Shown: piece by piece, positions 13,692 through 26,291 of the stretch
How positions within the stretch are numbered: the stretch's first letter is position 1
How the letters are laid out: each line of letters opens with the position of its first letter
NCBI RefSeq assembly: GCF_018350175.1
Contig: NC_058368.1
Location: forward strand, 37,884,001 to 37,948,000
DNA: 64,000 bases
Source: Felis catus
Lineage: Eukaryota
Direction of reading: 5' to 3'
Made by a program: the position numbers and the translations under genes
Notes under the pieces: generated by a model
The model's database searches: none
What the model was told of the DNA's origin: nothing
Seen by the model: only the letters and a program-made list of their open reading frames with translations

Positions 13692-13816
13692 TCATATATA
13701 TATATATACATATATATGTATATATATATATATATGCCATATATATATCATATATATATGTATATACATATATTATGAAAGGAGACCTGAATTTTGTTGT
13801 ATATATACACATATAT
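13692..13816. repeat. (TA)n-rich microsatellite
   Basis: direct reading. Confidence 0.88.
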
Positions 13817-16149
13817 GACATTTGTGTTCTTGGCTTCTAGAAACTGCTCCATACGTGGCAATTTATTAGTTACCTAAACCTATTAATACTGGTATGATAT
13901 ATCAAATACAACTTGGTTCCATTACCTTATCTTATATAGGGCTTAAGCCTTGTTATATATGTTACTATTTCCTTCCTCTGATAACGTCATCTCATTCTAT
14001 CTAATGCATAGTCATTTTATTTTTCATTAGAGCTCTGAACTCTATAATTACAACTTAATAAAAGGGACTAATTAATAGGCATTTACTAATGATTTTCCTT
14101 AAAATAATTCCATTATCTCATAACTGTGACATGTAAGTTATATTCGTCTTTTATTAACACTGACATGGAAATAGCACATCTTTAGAGCATTATTTACAAT
14201 TGGTTATGAATAAATCAGCTGTTTTTTCCATTTTTTCCATTATTACATGTCCCTTCTAACATAGCATAGATGGAACTATGTAATTTTTAACATATATGAT
14301 ATTCACAAAAAATCAGGAAAGAATATTTTACATCAAAGGTTATAGCTTTCCCACAAAGCTAAATTAAATAGCATTTACTCCTAAATAGTATTTACTCCTA
14401 AACATTTACTAAATGTCATGAACTATGATAGACATGGATACTTGTCTTCATGACAATAGGAAAGATGTACAATAAAGAAATAATTATGATAAGGAGAGAG
14501 AATGATAATTACAACCTTGAATAATGTTTATTTTATTTCAGGTGCTATTAACTTATTTAACACAATAACCTGTGAATGATCTGTTTTGAGCTAGAGTAGG
14601 AATTCATTATTAAAGGAACATGACAGAAACAATATTTTATTTATCCTTTTATTCTCAGTGCCTGGAAAAAGTTCTTGACTAACAGCTAGGCCTCAATAAA
14701 TAAATATTTTTGAAGTTTAAATTGAATTGTACTATATAAACAGTTTACTCAAGCTTTTGTATTGATAACTAAATGACTTGTTTCCTATTAGAAATAAGTA
14801 TGAATCATGGATAAAATGATAAAAATCAGTATAATGGACTTTTATGATTAATTGCTAACATAAATGTTTTTTCAACATATTTTTAAACTACAAATATAGA
14901 CTTGAGAAAAAAATTCTATGACATTTTATATACCAAGAAGAGATCTGTAGCTTTTAAAGTCATTATCTAAAGTTATGTAACTGTAAGTTTAGTTAACATA
15001 TAGTTAAATGGCAAACATAAAGATTTTAAGTGTAAATATCTGTCTTTAAGATTGCTCTAATATTGCCTATATCTGTGAGTGCTCTGTGAATGAATGTTTA
15101 GGCATAAAAGTGTTAACCTCCTCTGCTTTAAATTTGGAGACTACTTTCTGGATTCAATTATGAGTTTAGATAATTGTGTTTAGATGCTTTAACACCTAAT
15201 TGATTATCTTACATTTGTTTGATCATGGTTGAAATGTAATTTTAATGCTTGGTTGCTGATTCTTTTTTGGAATGTATTAAATGGATTTGCTGCTTAGGAG
15301 TGAATTACTTTTTTACACAGGTTGTCAGGAATCTTCCAAGTAGGGAAGCACATGTTTTGATTATTATTATTATTATTATTATTATTTTAACAAGAGGGAA
15401 GATAGAATATAGAAACCCAGGAGGTAATTAGAAAGCAAGACTTACACTGAATTTAGAACATGAACCCTTATTTACTCTTGTAATTTTTGCAAAGATATTT
15501 TGGCTACTGCAACAATACAACTAATACTTGAATTTATTTTACAGCATGAAGTTTTCTTAGTAAGATAAGTTTGTCTACAACTTTATCTTGCCAAATTGTT
15601 TCCAAAGCATGCATTTGGTGTCAATGACAATGTGAATGGCTGCGGGAGGCAGTCCTTGAAAAATTTTGGTTGAACAAAATCAAATGGTGTTTTCGATGTA
15701 TTATTAGTCTAGCTCTCTTAGTATAAATATTGCCTTCAAAAAGGAATTAAAAGATACAGGACTTCTCAGACTCTCTTTTTGAAGATTATCTTGAGAACAT
15801 GTTTTGAGAAACAGTAAGCTAATTAATTCTATTCGGGAGTATATTTGGGGACAGAAAGTCATAATACCCATATTTACAGCAGCTTCACTAAGCATTGCTT
15901 TCAAAGGGACATTTGAAATTCACTTGAAATAAAATGTTTGTTCTCCAATAAAGTCTCAGCTTCTTTTCCATTTTGTTTTGTTCTACTTCCTCCAGCCACT
16001 GCTCTGACGGTAGTTATACAACATGTGTGCTCTGCTTCACCAATAATGTGAATTTTCTTTCTATAATTTAATTGATTTTTCCTTTCCTTAACTTCCATGT
16101 AGGATAAAGGAAAGGGTTTTTGGTTTGGCTCTTAGCTTACTTAAGTTTT

Positions 16150-16530
16150 GAGTGAAGAAAATAATAATTAGAATAAAAACAATGATTTAAATGACAGAAT
16201 GTATCTTCCTCAGGCAAAAATATGAGTAGGTGTCAGGGCCAGCCTTTGTGATGTTAGTGGTGTTGGGTAATCCCTCTTATTCCTCCTTCTTTCTTATTCT
16301 TTGTCTGTGAATGATCTTGAATCATGGTCCATGATGGGTGCTTTTAGGATCACATCCATATTTCAACCACATGAAGGAAGATAGCAGAGAAGGAAAAGGA
16401 TAGACATTACACAGAATCTTCTACTTACATCTGAGTAATAAATCCCTTTGGCTACAGAGTCTTATATAGTGAAATAGAGGCTTGGAAGTATGTATTCTTG
16501 GTGACCAGGTACCCAGTTAAAATCCAAATG
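16150..16530 (-). mobile_element. Old MaLR (MLT1J-like) LTR remnant
   Basis: diverged motifs (atcacatccatatttcaa, cttctacttacatct, gaggcttggaagtatgt). Confidence 0.45.
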
Positions 16531-16537
16531 TATCATA

Positions 16538-16643
16538 TTCTTTTCCTTTCTTTTTTCTTTTCTTTTCTTTTCTTTTCTTTTCTTTTCTTTTCTTTTCTTT
16601 TCTTTTCTTTTCTTTTCTTTTCTCTTTTCTTTTCTTCTTTTCC

Positions 16644-16711
<68 letters not shown>

Positions 16712-16713
16712 TC
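16538..16713. repeat. (TTTTC)n + (TTTC)n microsatellite at the SINE tail position
   Basis: direct reading; abuts the antisense SINE. Confidence 0.95.
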
Positions 16714-16874
16714 GTGAGAGGGAGAGAATGTGAGCCAGGGAGAGAGGGAGAGAGAGGGAGAGGGAGAGAGAAAGAATCTTAAGCGGACTCCATGCTCAAC
16801 ATTTCAACATGGAGCCTGACTTGAGCCAAAATCAAGTCAGAGGCTTAACCAACTGAGCCACCCAGGCTTCCCCC
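16714..16874 (-). mobile_element. CanSINE, internally deleted
   Basis: gagagaaagaatcttaagc...ttaaccaactgagccacccagg. Confidence 0.9.
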
Positions 16875-17069
16875 AATTTGTCATATTTTTAATGTCTAGT
16901 GAGAAAACTATTATTAAGTATGTGGTTATACCAAAAAGGGAAAAAGAAAATGCTGAAATTCTATCTGAAGAGAAGCCAATTCATAAGAATCGCTCCACTT
17001 GTCAAAGTCAGCAGTAATGTCTGCATTCCCATGTTAATGGGTCGGTTCAGTTTTTATCTGTCTTACTTG

Positions 17070-18430
17070 GCATCTGTCTCTCAGTTTCCTTTCCTTTCTT
17101 TTTATTCCTCCACAACCTCTTAATTTGGGAATATTTCAGGGTTTAGGGTTTACTCCTTGGACCTCCTCTCTTTTACTTACATTCAGTTCCTTAGTGATTT
17201 CTTCTGCTCTCATGCCTGTAAATACCACCAATATACAAAAGAAATTAAAAAAAAAAATCTCTCCCCTGATCTCCTGAGTCACATATTGAACTGCTTACTC
17301 TACATCCACATTTGAAGGTCTGATAGATAGCTCTACCTTCACATGCCTGTACCTGAACTCCCAACACTGCCCCTTGCCAAATTGATTCATCTAATATTTT
17401 TCCATGTCAGTTAATCACAACTCTGTTCTTACATTGTACAGGAAAAAATATTGGTGCACTTTTCAACTAATCTCTTTATCTCTTGCTACATGTCCAGTCT
17501 GTCACTAACTATTATTGGATCTGCCTTAAAATACGTACAGAATTGGAGTGCCTGGGTGGCTCAGTCGGATAAGCGTCCGACTCCAGCTCAGGTCATAATC
17601 TTGCGGTTTGTGAGTTCGAGCCCCACATCAGGCTCTGTGCTAACAGCTCGGAGCCGGGAGCCTGCTTCAGATTCTGTGTCTCCTCCTCCCTCTGCCCCTC
17701 CCATCCTCATGCTCTGTCTCTCTGTCAATAATAAATAAACATTAAAAAAAATTTTTTTAAATATGTACAGACTCTAACCCCTTCTTATCACCACCCCTAC
17801 AGCCCTTTCAGGTTAGGTCAATATTATGTCTTCTCTGCATTGTAGCAATGACTTTTTCCATCATCTCCTCCTTCCACACTCATCCCCATATGTTATATTC
17901 AACACAGTAGCCAGAGTGATACTGAGGAAATGTAAGCCAGATCTAGTTACTTCTTCACTATAAATTCTGCAGTGGCTCCCCATTTCATTCAGAATAAAAG
18001 TGCGAAGTCCTTACAGTGGCCTACAAGGCTTTCCTATCCTTGTCATTAATTCTCCCATCCTCTCTTTTACCGCCTCTATCCTAACTGCCTTAGCACCTCT
18101 AGCCAGAGAGATTTTGCACTGCCTGGTTCTTTGGCCTAAATGCTCATCATCCAGATTTCCACACCTCTGTTTACCTCCTCCAAATGTCATGTTCTCAATT
18201 AGGCTTACTCTTACCACTCCGTTAAAATAGCAAAATTGCCACATTTCTCTCACTCTGCCTTATTCTACTGTACTTAAAAAAATGTACCCCATTTTCATGT
18301 TCTTAACAGACTGTCTAAATTTACTTCTTTTAATTATTCTCTATTGTTTCATTATTGTTTATTGTCTTCTCCAATAAAATGCAAACCCTGTAAAGACAGG
18401 AGGTTTGTTTGGTACGTGCATATTTACTTA
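17070..18430 (+). mobile_element. LINE-2 remnant interrupted by a SINE
   Basis: L2 motifs: cacagtagccagagtgat, ctgcagtggctccccatt, agaataaaagtgcgaagtccttacagtggcctacaaggc. Confidence 0.85.
17545..17758 (+). mobile_element. CanSINE
   Basis: head/CT/A tail; TSD aaaata(c/t)gtacaga. Confidence 0.96.
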
Positions 18431-18981
18431 ATACTTAAATGACTACGCAAAGAATAGAACCTAAGTGGGTTCAGGTGAAGTACTCCAAATAATAATCTGT
18501 AAATAGATGTTTAAGGAATTTCAGTGAAAATCAGATTCAAATCTTGGTGATTTGAGGAGCAAATCATAGATTCAGGCCCATTAGATTTTTTTAAGTTATA
18601 AAAATAAACTCAAATGAATTGTATTTTCTCACCTAAATCTTAGAATGTTAACATAATAATGATGGCCAGTGTGGAGGTAAGAAATAGAGACTAAAAATTC
18701 TTCAATGTGTCTTGTTTTCTACCGGGAGGGACAATGAGCTGATCCATTGGTGAATATGTACGTGCTCAACAAGTTAATATAGTCTACCAAAATTGCCCTT
18801 GATATCATGCAGCAAAATTCTCATTCCCTGATCCTATTTTTACAAGACAGTGTTGTCATGACAAGTTTACTTTCGTCACAGATTTAAATAAAGAGATTGT
18901 CAAAAGCACTCCACTTGGCAATTATGATTCCAATTTCAAATTCTTAAAACGTCTTTCTTAAATTGTATTTTTTTTTTTCAG

Positions 18982-19061
18982 GTGAACTAGATCTTTCATT
19001 ACCTCTGAAGATGCTGAGAATTTGAACCACAAGACTGGCAAAGCTAGTGCACAGGTCTAAG
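18982..19061 (+). other. Candidate 80-nt non-coding or poison exon
   Basis: T-rich tract + CAG acceptor and AAG|GTAAGA donor; stop codons in all three frames. Confidence 0.25.
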
Positions 19062-19109
19062 GTAAGAACCAAAGATGCGCCTGGCCACATAAGGGCTTAT
19101 ACCTGTACG

Positions 19110-19780
19110 TCAAGACTATGGGTAATGTGATAGTATGAATGACTTCAATGCAGGAGGGTAGCCATGATCGTATTTTCCATTTTGAAAGATATCTACCATT
19201 GCCGTGTGGAAAATAGGCAATGGGGTAAGAACAGTGGAGGGAGACAGTTGACAAGATCATTACATTAGCCTAAGAAAGAAAGGTATGAATGTGGGCCTGA
19301 ATTACGGTTGAGGCATTGGTGATGGAGACATGTAGATGATGTAAATAAAAATGCAGGTGAGAGGATTGACACAACTTAAGGAAAACTGTATAATGCAACA
19401 GAGTCAGATATCCTGACTTTTCCTTTTTCTAAATTCCATCTTCTTGGGCAAATTAATTATGCAAGAAGCTTCAGTGTCTTCACAATACTAATGGTAATTA
19501 CCTCATAGCGTTGTTGCGATAATGAAATGAGATTGTGAATATAAAGCTATTAACACAATGCCTGACACATAGAATTCAATAAGTAATTAATATCATTACT
19601 ATTTATTGCTGATATTAACATTACTTAATGATTATATACGTAGTGTGAAAATTAGGGAGGGATCCTAATGACTCTTAAGATTATAAAGTGAACGAAACCG
19701 AATGGGTGGCAATAACTGAAGGAGATGCAGGTTTAGAAGGCTGAGTTGAAATCTAAGATACGAAGTTTCAGTTGAAAACT
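19110..19780 (-). mobile_element. LINE-2 remnant with a MIR inserted
   Basis: cattttgaaagatatct..gtgtggaaaatag..gagacagtt..ggtgatggagac antisense L2 motifs. Confidence 0.65.
19400..19610 (+). mobile_element. MIR
   Basis: cttgggcaaatta..cctcatagcgttgttg..aaatgag..acaatgcctgacacatag. Confidence 0.75.
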
Positions 19781-20163
19781 CCCATTTCTTTCTGAAAATA
19801 CATTTTCATGGTGCGTTATGTGAGAGAGTTTTTATGCTGACCTTTCAGAGATGCTTAACAGAACCTTTCTACTAGTTAGCAACCAGTTACCTCTGTGGCT
19901 CCCCTTTAGTTTTCTCATCCTGATAGATCTCTCACTCTCTTGATTCTGAGACTAGTGCGATGACTAGTAAGATGACTGTAAACAGAAAACAATTGTTGCT
20001 TTGGAAAAACTTGGGAGCTTTGGCTAAATATGATTTTAATTTCTGTTGTGATTACAAATTCTTCACCTTACATTAAAAAAACAAATACTGAAACCAAAAA
20101 AAAAAAAGACCAGGTTCTTTTCTCCTTTGTATACCGGCCTATACAATCCTATACTGTAATCCT

Positions 20164-20374
20164 GGGTGACTGTGCGGTTCAGTAGGTTAGAGGGTCCAGC
20201 TCTTGATTTCAGCTTACGTAAAGATCTCCTGGTTGATGAGATGGAACACCCTGTGGGGCTCTGCACGGTCAGCGCATGGAGCCTGCTTGGGATTCTCTCT
20301 CTCCCTCTCTTTCTGCTCCTCCCTCATTTATGCTCTCTCTCTCAAAAAACAAATAAACATTAAAAAAAAAAAAA
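20164..20374 (+). mobile_element. CanSINE (older type)
   Basis: diverged head, gcctgcttgggattctctc, A tail; TSD caatcctat..taatcct. Confidence 0.9.
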
Positions 20375-20479
20375 GCCAATCCTATCTAATCCTCCCTTCA
20401 CCTAGGGAGGCAGGTATGATATGGAGGGGATTGATTTCTCCTCCAGTCTCTCTCTTTGAATTCTGCGGGGGTGTAGCAC

Positions 20480-20785
20480 TCGCACCAGTTTTCTCTGGTT
20501 GAGTCTAAGTTGGAAGGGGGGCCCAAAATCAAGAAAGCTTCCGGTTACAAATCAAGCCCTGGACATTTTAGACCGATTGTTATAGAAGTTACTGCTTAGC
20601 CTACTAGATTGTTACAAGGAAATCAATCCGGCTTCCTGCAAGTCTGACTTCCAGCAGGCTGGCTTCCTGCGCTGGTTATTTTAGATAACGGGCTTGGTCC
20701 CCGGGCCAGTTTGCTGCAGTTGTGAGTCAGAATTCTATTTTTATAGATGTTTTGGCCAACGCCTGTTTGTATATTCAGTCTCTCA
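20480..20785 (-). mobile_element. ERV1-class LTR fragment (MER90a/MER110/MER89-like; name uncertain)
   Basis: reverse strand starts TGAGAGACTGAATATACAAA..AAAATAGAATTCTGAC..CAGGAAGCCAGCCTGCT..TTCCAACTTAG..AACCAGAGAAA. Confidence 0.7.
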
Positions 20786-23700
20786 GCATGTTCACGACCC
20801 AAGATAACATCAAGTATTTACTATGAATTTATGTCTTCACAAAATCTGTATAAATTTTATACTCTTCTAATCTACATGTTATTGGTGAGATGCCTGAATT
20901 TTGGCAGTTCAGATATTTGTCTTTGGTCATACGGTTAAGAAGCGGTAATGCCCAGATTAAAATTTAGGAATATACGACTCAGGAACTTTAAGAATTTTTA
21001 ACTCAAAAATTATATACTGCCTGACAGGAAATGGATTTTGCATACATTTTAAGGCTTGATAGGAGAAATTCTCACAAAAATTATGTAATAGGGGAAAATA
21101 ATTTTTGTGCAGGGAAAATAAAGGGCTAAGAATCATTAATAATGGAAAACTCAAACTAAAATGATACTTACGTAAATAGCTTATGCATACACAGCTATGT
21201 ATATATATTTACATAGAGATAGAGAATATGATCGACATGAGAGCAAATCAGTTTTCATACATGTATGTACAAAATAGAAGATCAAAATTAAGTTTAAAGA
21301 AGCCTGGTGTTTATTATAATCCTTCGGTGTAATTTTAAACAAACAAAAAGATCTTGATTATCACATTCAAAAAAATGTAAGAAATTTTGGTCTTCTGCAT
21401 ATTATCTCCACTCTCTTTGCATAATATTTTAACATAAAATCTTTCTGCGAGGACTATATATCTCAGTCACACTGTCATAAATATTCATGATGACCACATT
21501 CCACTTACTGGTTTCATGTAAACAGATCTTATTTAACCTTTCAGCAAGCCTGCTTTCATGCAGGAGTTAAGTACCCACAAGACCAAGCATATTAATAACG
21601 AGCTAGGTCAGAAACCAACCAAACTGGGGCATATAATGTCATGTAAGTAAAACTGAAAACTCAAAGATAAATCATCCATTTTAAAAAACTGAGTATAAGT
21701 TAAGTCCTGAATAAAATAATAGATTATTTTTGTTCTTATTTTCCAACAAAATTAATTTTCACCGTTTAAAATGAGTAGGCTTTCAGCAAATTAATGTACA
21801 ATTAATTGAGCTAATCAATGATCTTATATTTGCATACAATATATACTTTTAAAACCACCAATTAAATTGAAAAGACCATTAGAAAATCTGTGTGTATCCC
21901 TTAGCTTTACAAAACAGGAAAAAAAGGCATTGGGATATCTCCACAAACACACAGCTACTCAAAGATCAGAGTTAGGGCCACAGATCTCTTAACTTCCAGT
22001 TCTGTTATTTGGCTTTCCTATCACACTGTCATTACCCTACCATAAATGCTTCCATCCTTTGTCCAGATCATATTTATAGATTCCAATATAATTTTAAGAG
22101 GTGTTGTCCAGTGGAGCATAGAACATGATTTATTCATGGCCATGACAGGGCAATTCCTCCATAATCACTTGTATTCAATGGCCCTGGAAATTAATAGAGT
22201 CAATATTATTTGTGGACAATCTACTATAGAAAACCTTGTGAATTATATTAATGGCTTTAGTATAACAATAAACATCTTTATGTCTCTCAATAATTAGCAT
22301 TTGGGAGGACCAAACACTGCTCAGATCCAGATGGGAAAAATCAATATTAGTTTACATATGTTTACTGTGCTTGTAAATAGTGTTATGGATGGCAGGCATC
22401 AGCAAGTCAGGATAATTAACGAATGCTTTATTCACACTTTCCTTAAAATCCAAGTGTGATACCACTAACCACTTACTATTTTTATATGTTTTTGCAACTT
22501 ACTATTTTCTCTTCTTTTTGCATCACTTTGTATTATTTAGAGATAATATGCTGTGCAACTAAAGCAATGAGAAAACTGATGGATGAAGACCTTACCCAAA
22601 TATCTGTTTTCCCTATCATTAAAGATAGTGCAATCTGCTCAGGTTAATATGTGAACCAGTTACCTTTATAAAATAAATGTCTCTAACATAAATATGATTG
22701 TACCACAGAAGTGTATTTGGCAATAATTTCTTTATAAATCATTTTGAAGGATTATAAATATGTTGCTGTTATAAATACTTTTAAAGTATGTCTTGATGTA
22801 AAGAACCATATTGAAAATATCTTAAAATTATTCATATGTTTCTATATTAATGAATATTAATAATCATAAAAGTGGAGAGAGCCACCTTGAGGTAATTAAA
22901 ACCTCAAGTAAGTATTTAAATGCATATATATAACACGGCTTATATGTAATCACTTCAGTTTAACAATGTAAAATGGATTATATGTATTATATATATAATT
23001 GTATATTATTTATCATTTATATTTATGTTGCATTTTATTTATATTATTTTATATATATTTAAGACATTACTTAGTGGAAAACATCACATTTTATATATTT
23101 TTCTATTTTATGTATCATATATATTTATATATAATATATATGTGTATATTATATTTCCCATATTCAATATTTAGAAATGTTCTAAAATATTTCTAAGTGA
23201 GTCTATTTTCATATTCTCATATGTGATTTTTTTTTTTTGCAAAGAGAACAATTGTTTTCAGAGAAAACCACCCAATCTGCAGTACACTGAGACTATTCAA
23301 ATGGCTACCTTTGGTGAAAGAAAAAAAATGTACTGTAGAATAAGCCTAGAGAATTGCATAGTCAGAATTCAAATAGACCTATATTCCCTATTAGGAATCG
23401 ATCCGCTTAGAAGGATAGTTACTTAACCTTATAAAAGCTAGTCACCAATTGGTGATGCCACAATTCTTTTTGGCCATTTACTTGTAGATATTGTGTATTT
23501 TTCAACTCTAATTCATATACTTCAAACTAAACATTAGATTTCAGGCATATACATATTTAATTTGTCCCCTCTTGATGTGTTTGCCACATTCGAAAACTGA
23601 ATAATTTCCCCACTGCATTATTAGCCATTTCACTCCTGTTTTCAAGGTGTTTGTATGGATGCATATATTCTATTTAATTCAATTACATTTCTTTCATAAA

Positions 23701-24189
23701 TACCAGGTTCTAATCCATTAACCATGTCCCCAAATTAGGCAATGACGTTGCCTCACAGCATGACTTGTCCAGTACAATCTAGTCAAACTTTTCCTTATGC
23801 CATTTTATGTGTACTTATTCAATCTACTTACCCTACCTAAAATGTCTTCCTGGTTTGCTTTCTTCATCCATAACATGTTTGATGCATTATTTCTATGGCC
23901 TGTTGCCAATATCTTCCCCCCGTTTTCACCATGCTCTGATTGCTCCCTTGATTATTATCCTCTTAGAGAACAGAGGGTCCACAATGTAATGTGTTTGTTT
24001 TTGGTCTCTAAATATACCTACAATGAAATTATAACCCTTGAAGTGAGGCATTAACTAATTCATTCTCTTTTTTTCTTGCCTTTACGCACCCTCTTTTTCT
24101 GTCTCTCCATTTTTTTCTTCTGTTTTTGAAAACACTGCATATATTACTCAGTCCTCAGGAACTGGACCTAAAGAATATAGGTCTTATTT

Positions 24190-24412
24190 GGGGCGCCTGG
24201 GTGGCTCAGTCGGTTAAGCGTCCGACTTTGGCTCAGGTCATGATCTCGCGGTTTGTGAGTTCCAGCCCTGCTTCGGAACTGACAGCTGACAGCTTAGAGC
24301 CTGGAACCTGCTTTGGGTTCTGTGTCTCCCTCTCTCTCTGCCCCTCCCCTGATCATACTCTGTCTCTCTCTGTCTCAAAAATAAATAAAACATTAAAAAA
24401 ATTTTTTTTAAA
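24190..24412 (+). mobile_element. CanSINE (first of tandem pair)
   Basis: head/CT/tail; 5' TSD aaagaatataggtcttatt. Confidence 0.96.
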
Positions 24413-24444
24413 TGTAAAATACTGATCCTTAAAAAAAAGAATGT

Positions 24445-24663
24445 GGGGCGCCTGGGTGGCTCAGTCGATTAAGCGTCCGACTTCGGCTCAGGTCATGATC
24501 TCGCGGTCCGTGAGTTCAAGTCCCGCGTCAGGCTCTGTGCTGACTGCTCAGAGCCTGGAGCCTGTTTCGGATTCTGTGTGTCCCTCTCTCTCTGACCCTC
24601 CCCCATTCATGCTCTGTCTCTCTCTGTCTCAAAAATAAATAAACGTTAAAAAAAATTAAAAAA
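24445..24663 (+). mobile_element. CanSINE (second of tandem pair)
   Basis: head/CT/tail; TSD aaaaagaatgt. Confidence 0.96.
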
Positions 24664-25520
24664 GAAAAAGAATGTATGTCTTATTCAAACATGTAAATAA
24701 TTTAAACACTTAGTCAATCTAACAAAAATATTAATGGTTTTTTTTCGACTTCATTCTTCCAGTTTGTAGTTGATCTCACCTTCAGGAATGAGGAAATTTG
24801 AAGTTTGTTTCTGTGTTGATTAATGTACTTGTATATTAGTATATAATCTTAATGGCTAGGTTGTGCATGAATGTGGTATTTGATTATGATTTTAGAGATA
24901 AAGTAGATATTTTTCAGCATAGAAAGTGGCTCTGTGAAGTATTAATATGAAACACAAGAAATAGATTGAAAAGGAGGAAAATAGTGCTAACAAGAAATGA
25001 AGACATAATCTTATGTCAAGTCTGGCAATAATTACTGGCTATGATGATAGGATGGAGAAAAAGGAGAAAGGTTTGAATATCAATGGGCACTCCTTCACTT
25101 CCAGTTAATAACACAGTTAATTTGATAAATATATAGATAGCTAGCATAGGTTGTTATTTTCCCTACCCCATCATCCCAATTCAAGCAATATATTACCTTA
25201 ATATACTTTCTATATTCTAAAAATCAGTCTTGTTTTTCTACGCGTTCTTTTGAGGTTAAACTTATATCACTATAAATGCAAGGCCTAGGATAAAACACAA
25301 TTATAATAAATTTTAAGTAGTGTGGCATAGGAGAATAGTCACCTCACGTTTTCTACTTATTATTCATTCATTTCCAAAATATTATTGTAAAGATATTAAA
25401 GACCAACATACTTATAGGTCACTGAACAATTACCAATTTGAATTCACTCGGTAAGGCAGTATTATATGTATGCATTTGAGGAAATGGAATTTTGCAAAAT
25501 TATTATCTAAAAGGTAGCTA

Positions 25521-25745
25521 GGGGTGCCTGGGTGGCTCAGTCAGTTCAGGTTAAACCTTGGACTCTTGGTTTTAGCTCAGGTCATGATCTCATGGTTCAT
25601 GGGTTAGAGCTCCGTGTTGGGCTCTGTGCTTTGAGCCTGCTTGGGATTCTGTTGCTCCCTCTCTCTGCCCCTCCCCTCCCCCTTCTCTCTCTCTTTCTCT
25701 CTTTCTCTCTATCAAAATAAATAAATAGCATCTCAAAATAAACAA
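25521..25745 (+). mobile_element. CanSINE (older type)
   Basis: ggggtgcctgggtggctcag..CT tract..aaataaataaa. Confidence 0.93.
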
Positions 25746-26046
25746 CCTATATTATAAAGTATTATGATTAATTCATATTGCTATGAATTACAATGTTGAA
25801 AGACCCACACTGGTAACTAAATTTAGAGATTGGTTATTTTTTGTTTACTTTATTATAAAAAAAATCACTAATTAGTATAAACACTAAAACCAATGATTAA
25901 CTTTTCATTATTGGAGATAATAAAGGTAAGAATAGTGACATTAATTGGTAATAGAGATATAATATCCCCCCAATTCTTGTACCTGGCTGTCAAATATATA
26001 TTTAAAAAGAGGAAAATTAATTAAATTTTCTTTCTGTCCTTCATTT

Positions 26047-26077
26047 ATTTTTTAATAAATTTTTTTTGTAAGTTTGT

Positions 26078-26112
<35 letters not shown>

Positions 26113-26291
26113 TTTTGAGAGAGAGTGTGAGCAGGGGAGGGGCAGAGAAATAGGGAGAGAGAGAATCTTAAGCAGGTTCCATGTTATTAGAGAAGAGCCC
26201 GATGCGGGGCTTGAACTCACCAACCGTGAGATCATGACCTGAGCCCAAACCAAGAGTCTGACAGTTAACCAACTGAGCCACCAGGCGCCCC
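26047..26291 (-). mobile_element. CanSINE with (TTTA)n tail
   Basis: antisense body; TSD tct(g/a)tcctt(c/g)attt. Confidence 0.94.
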
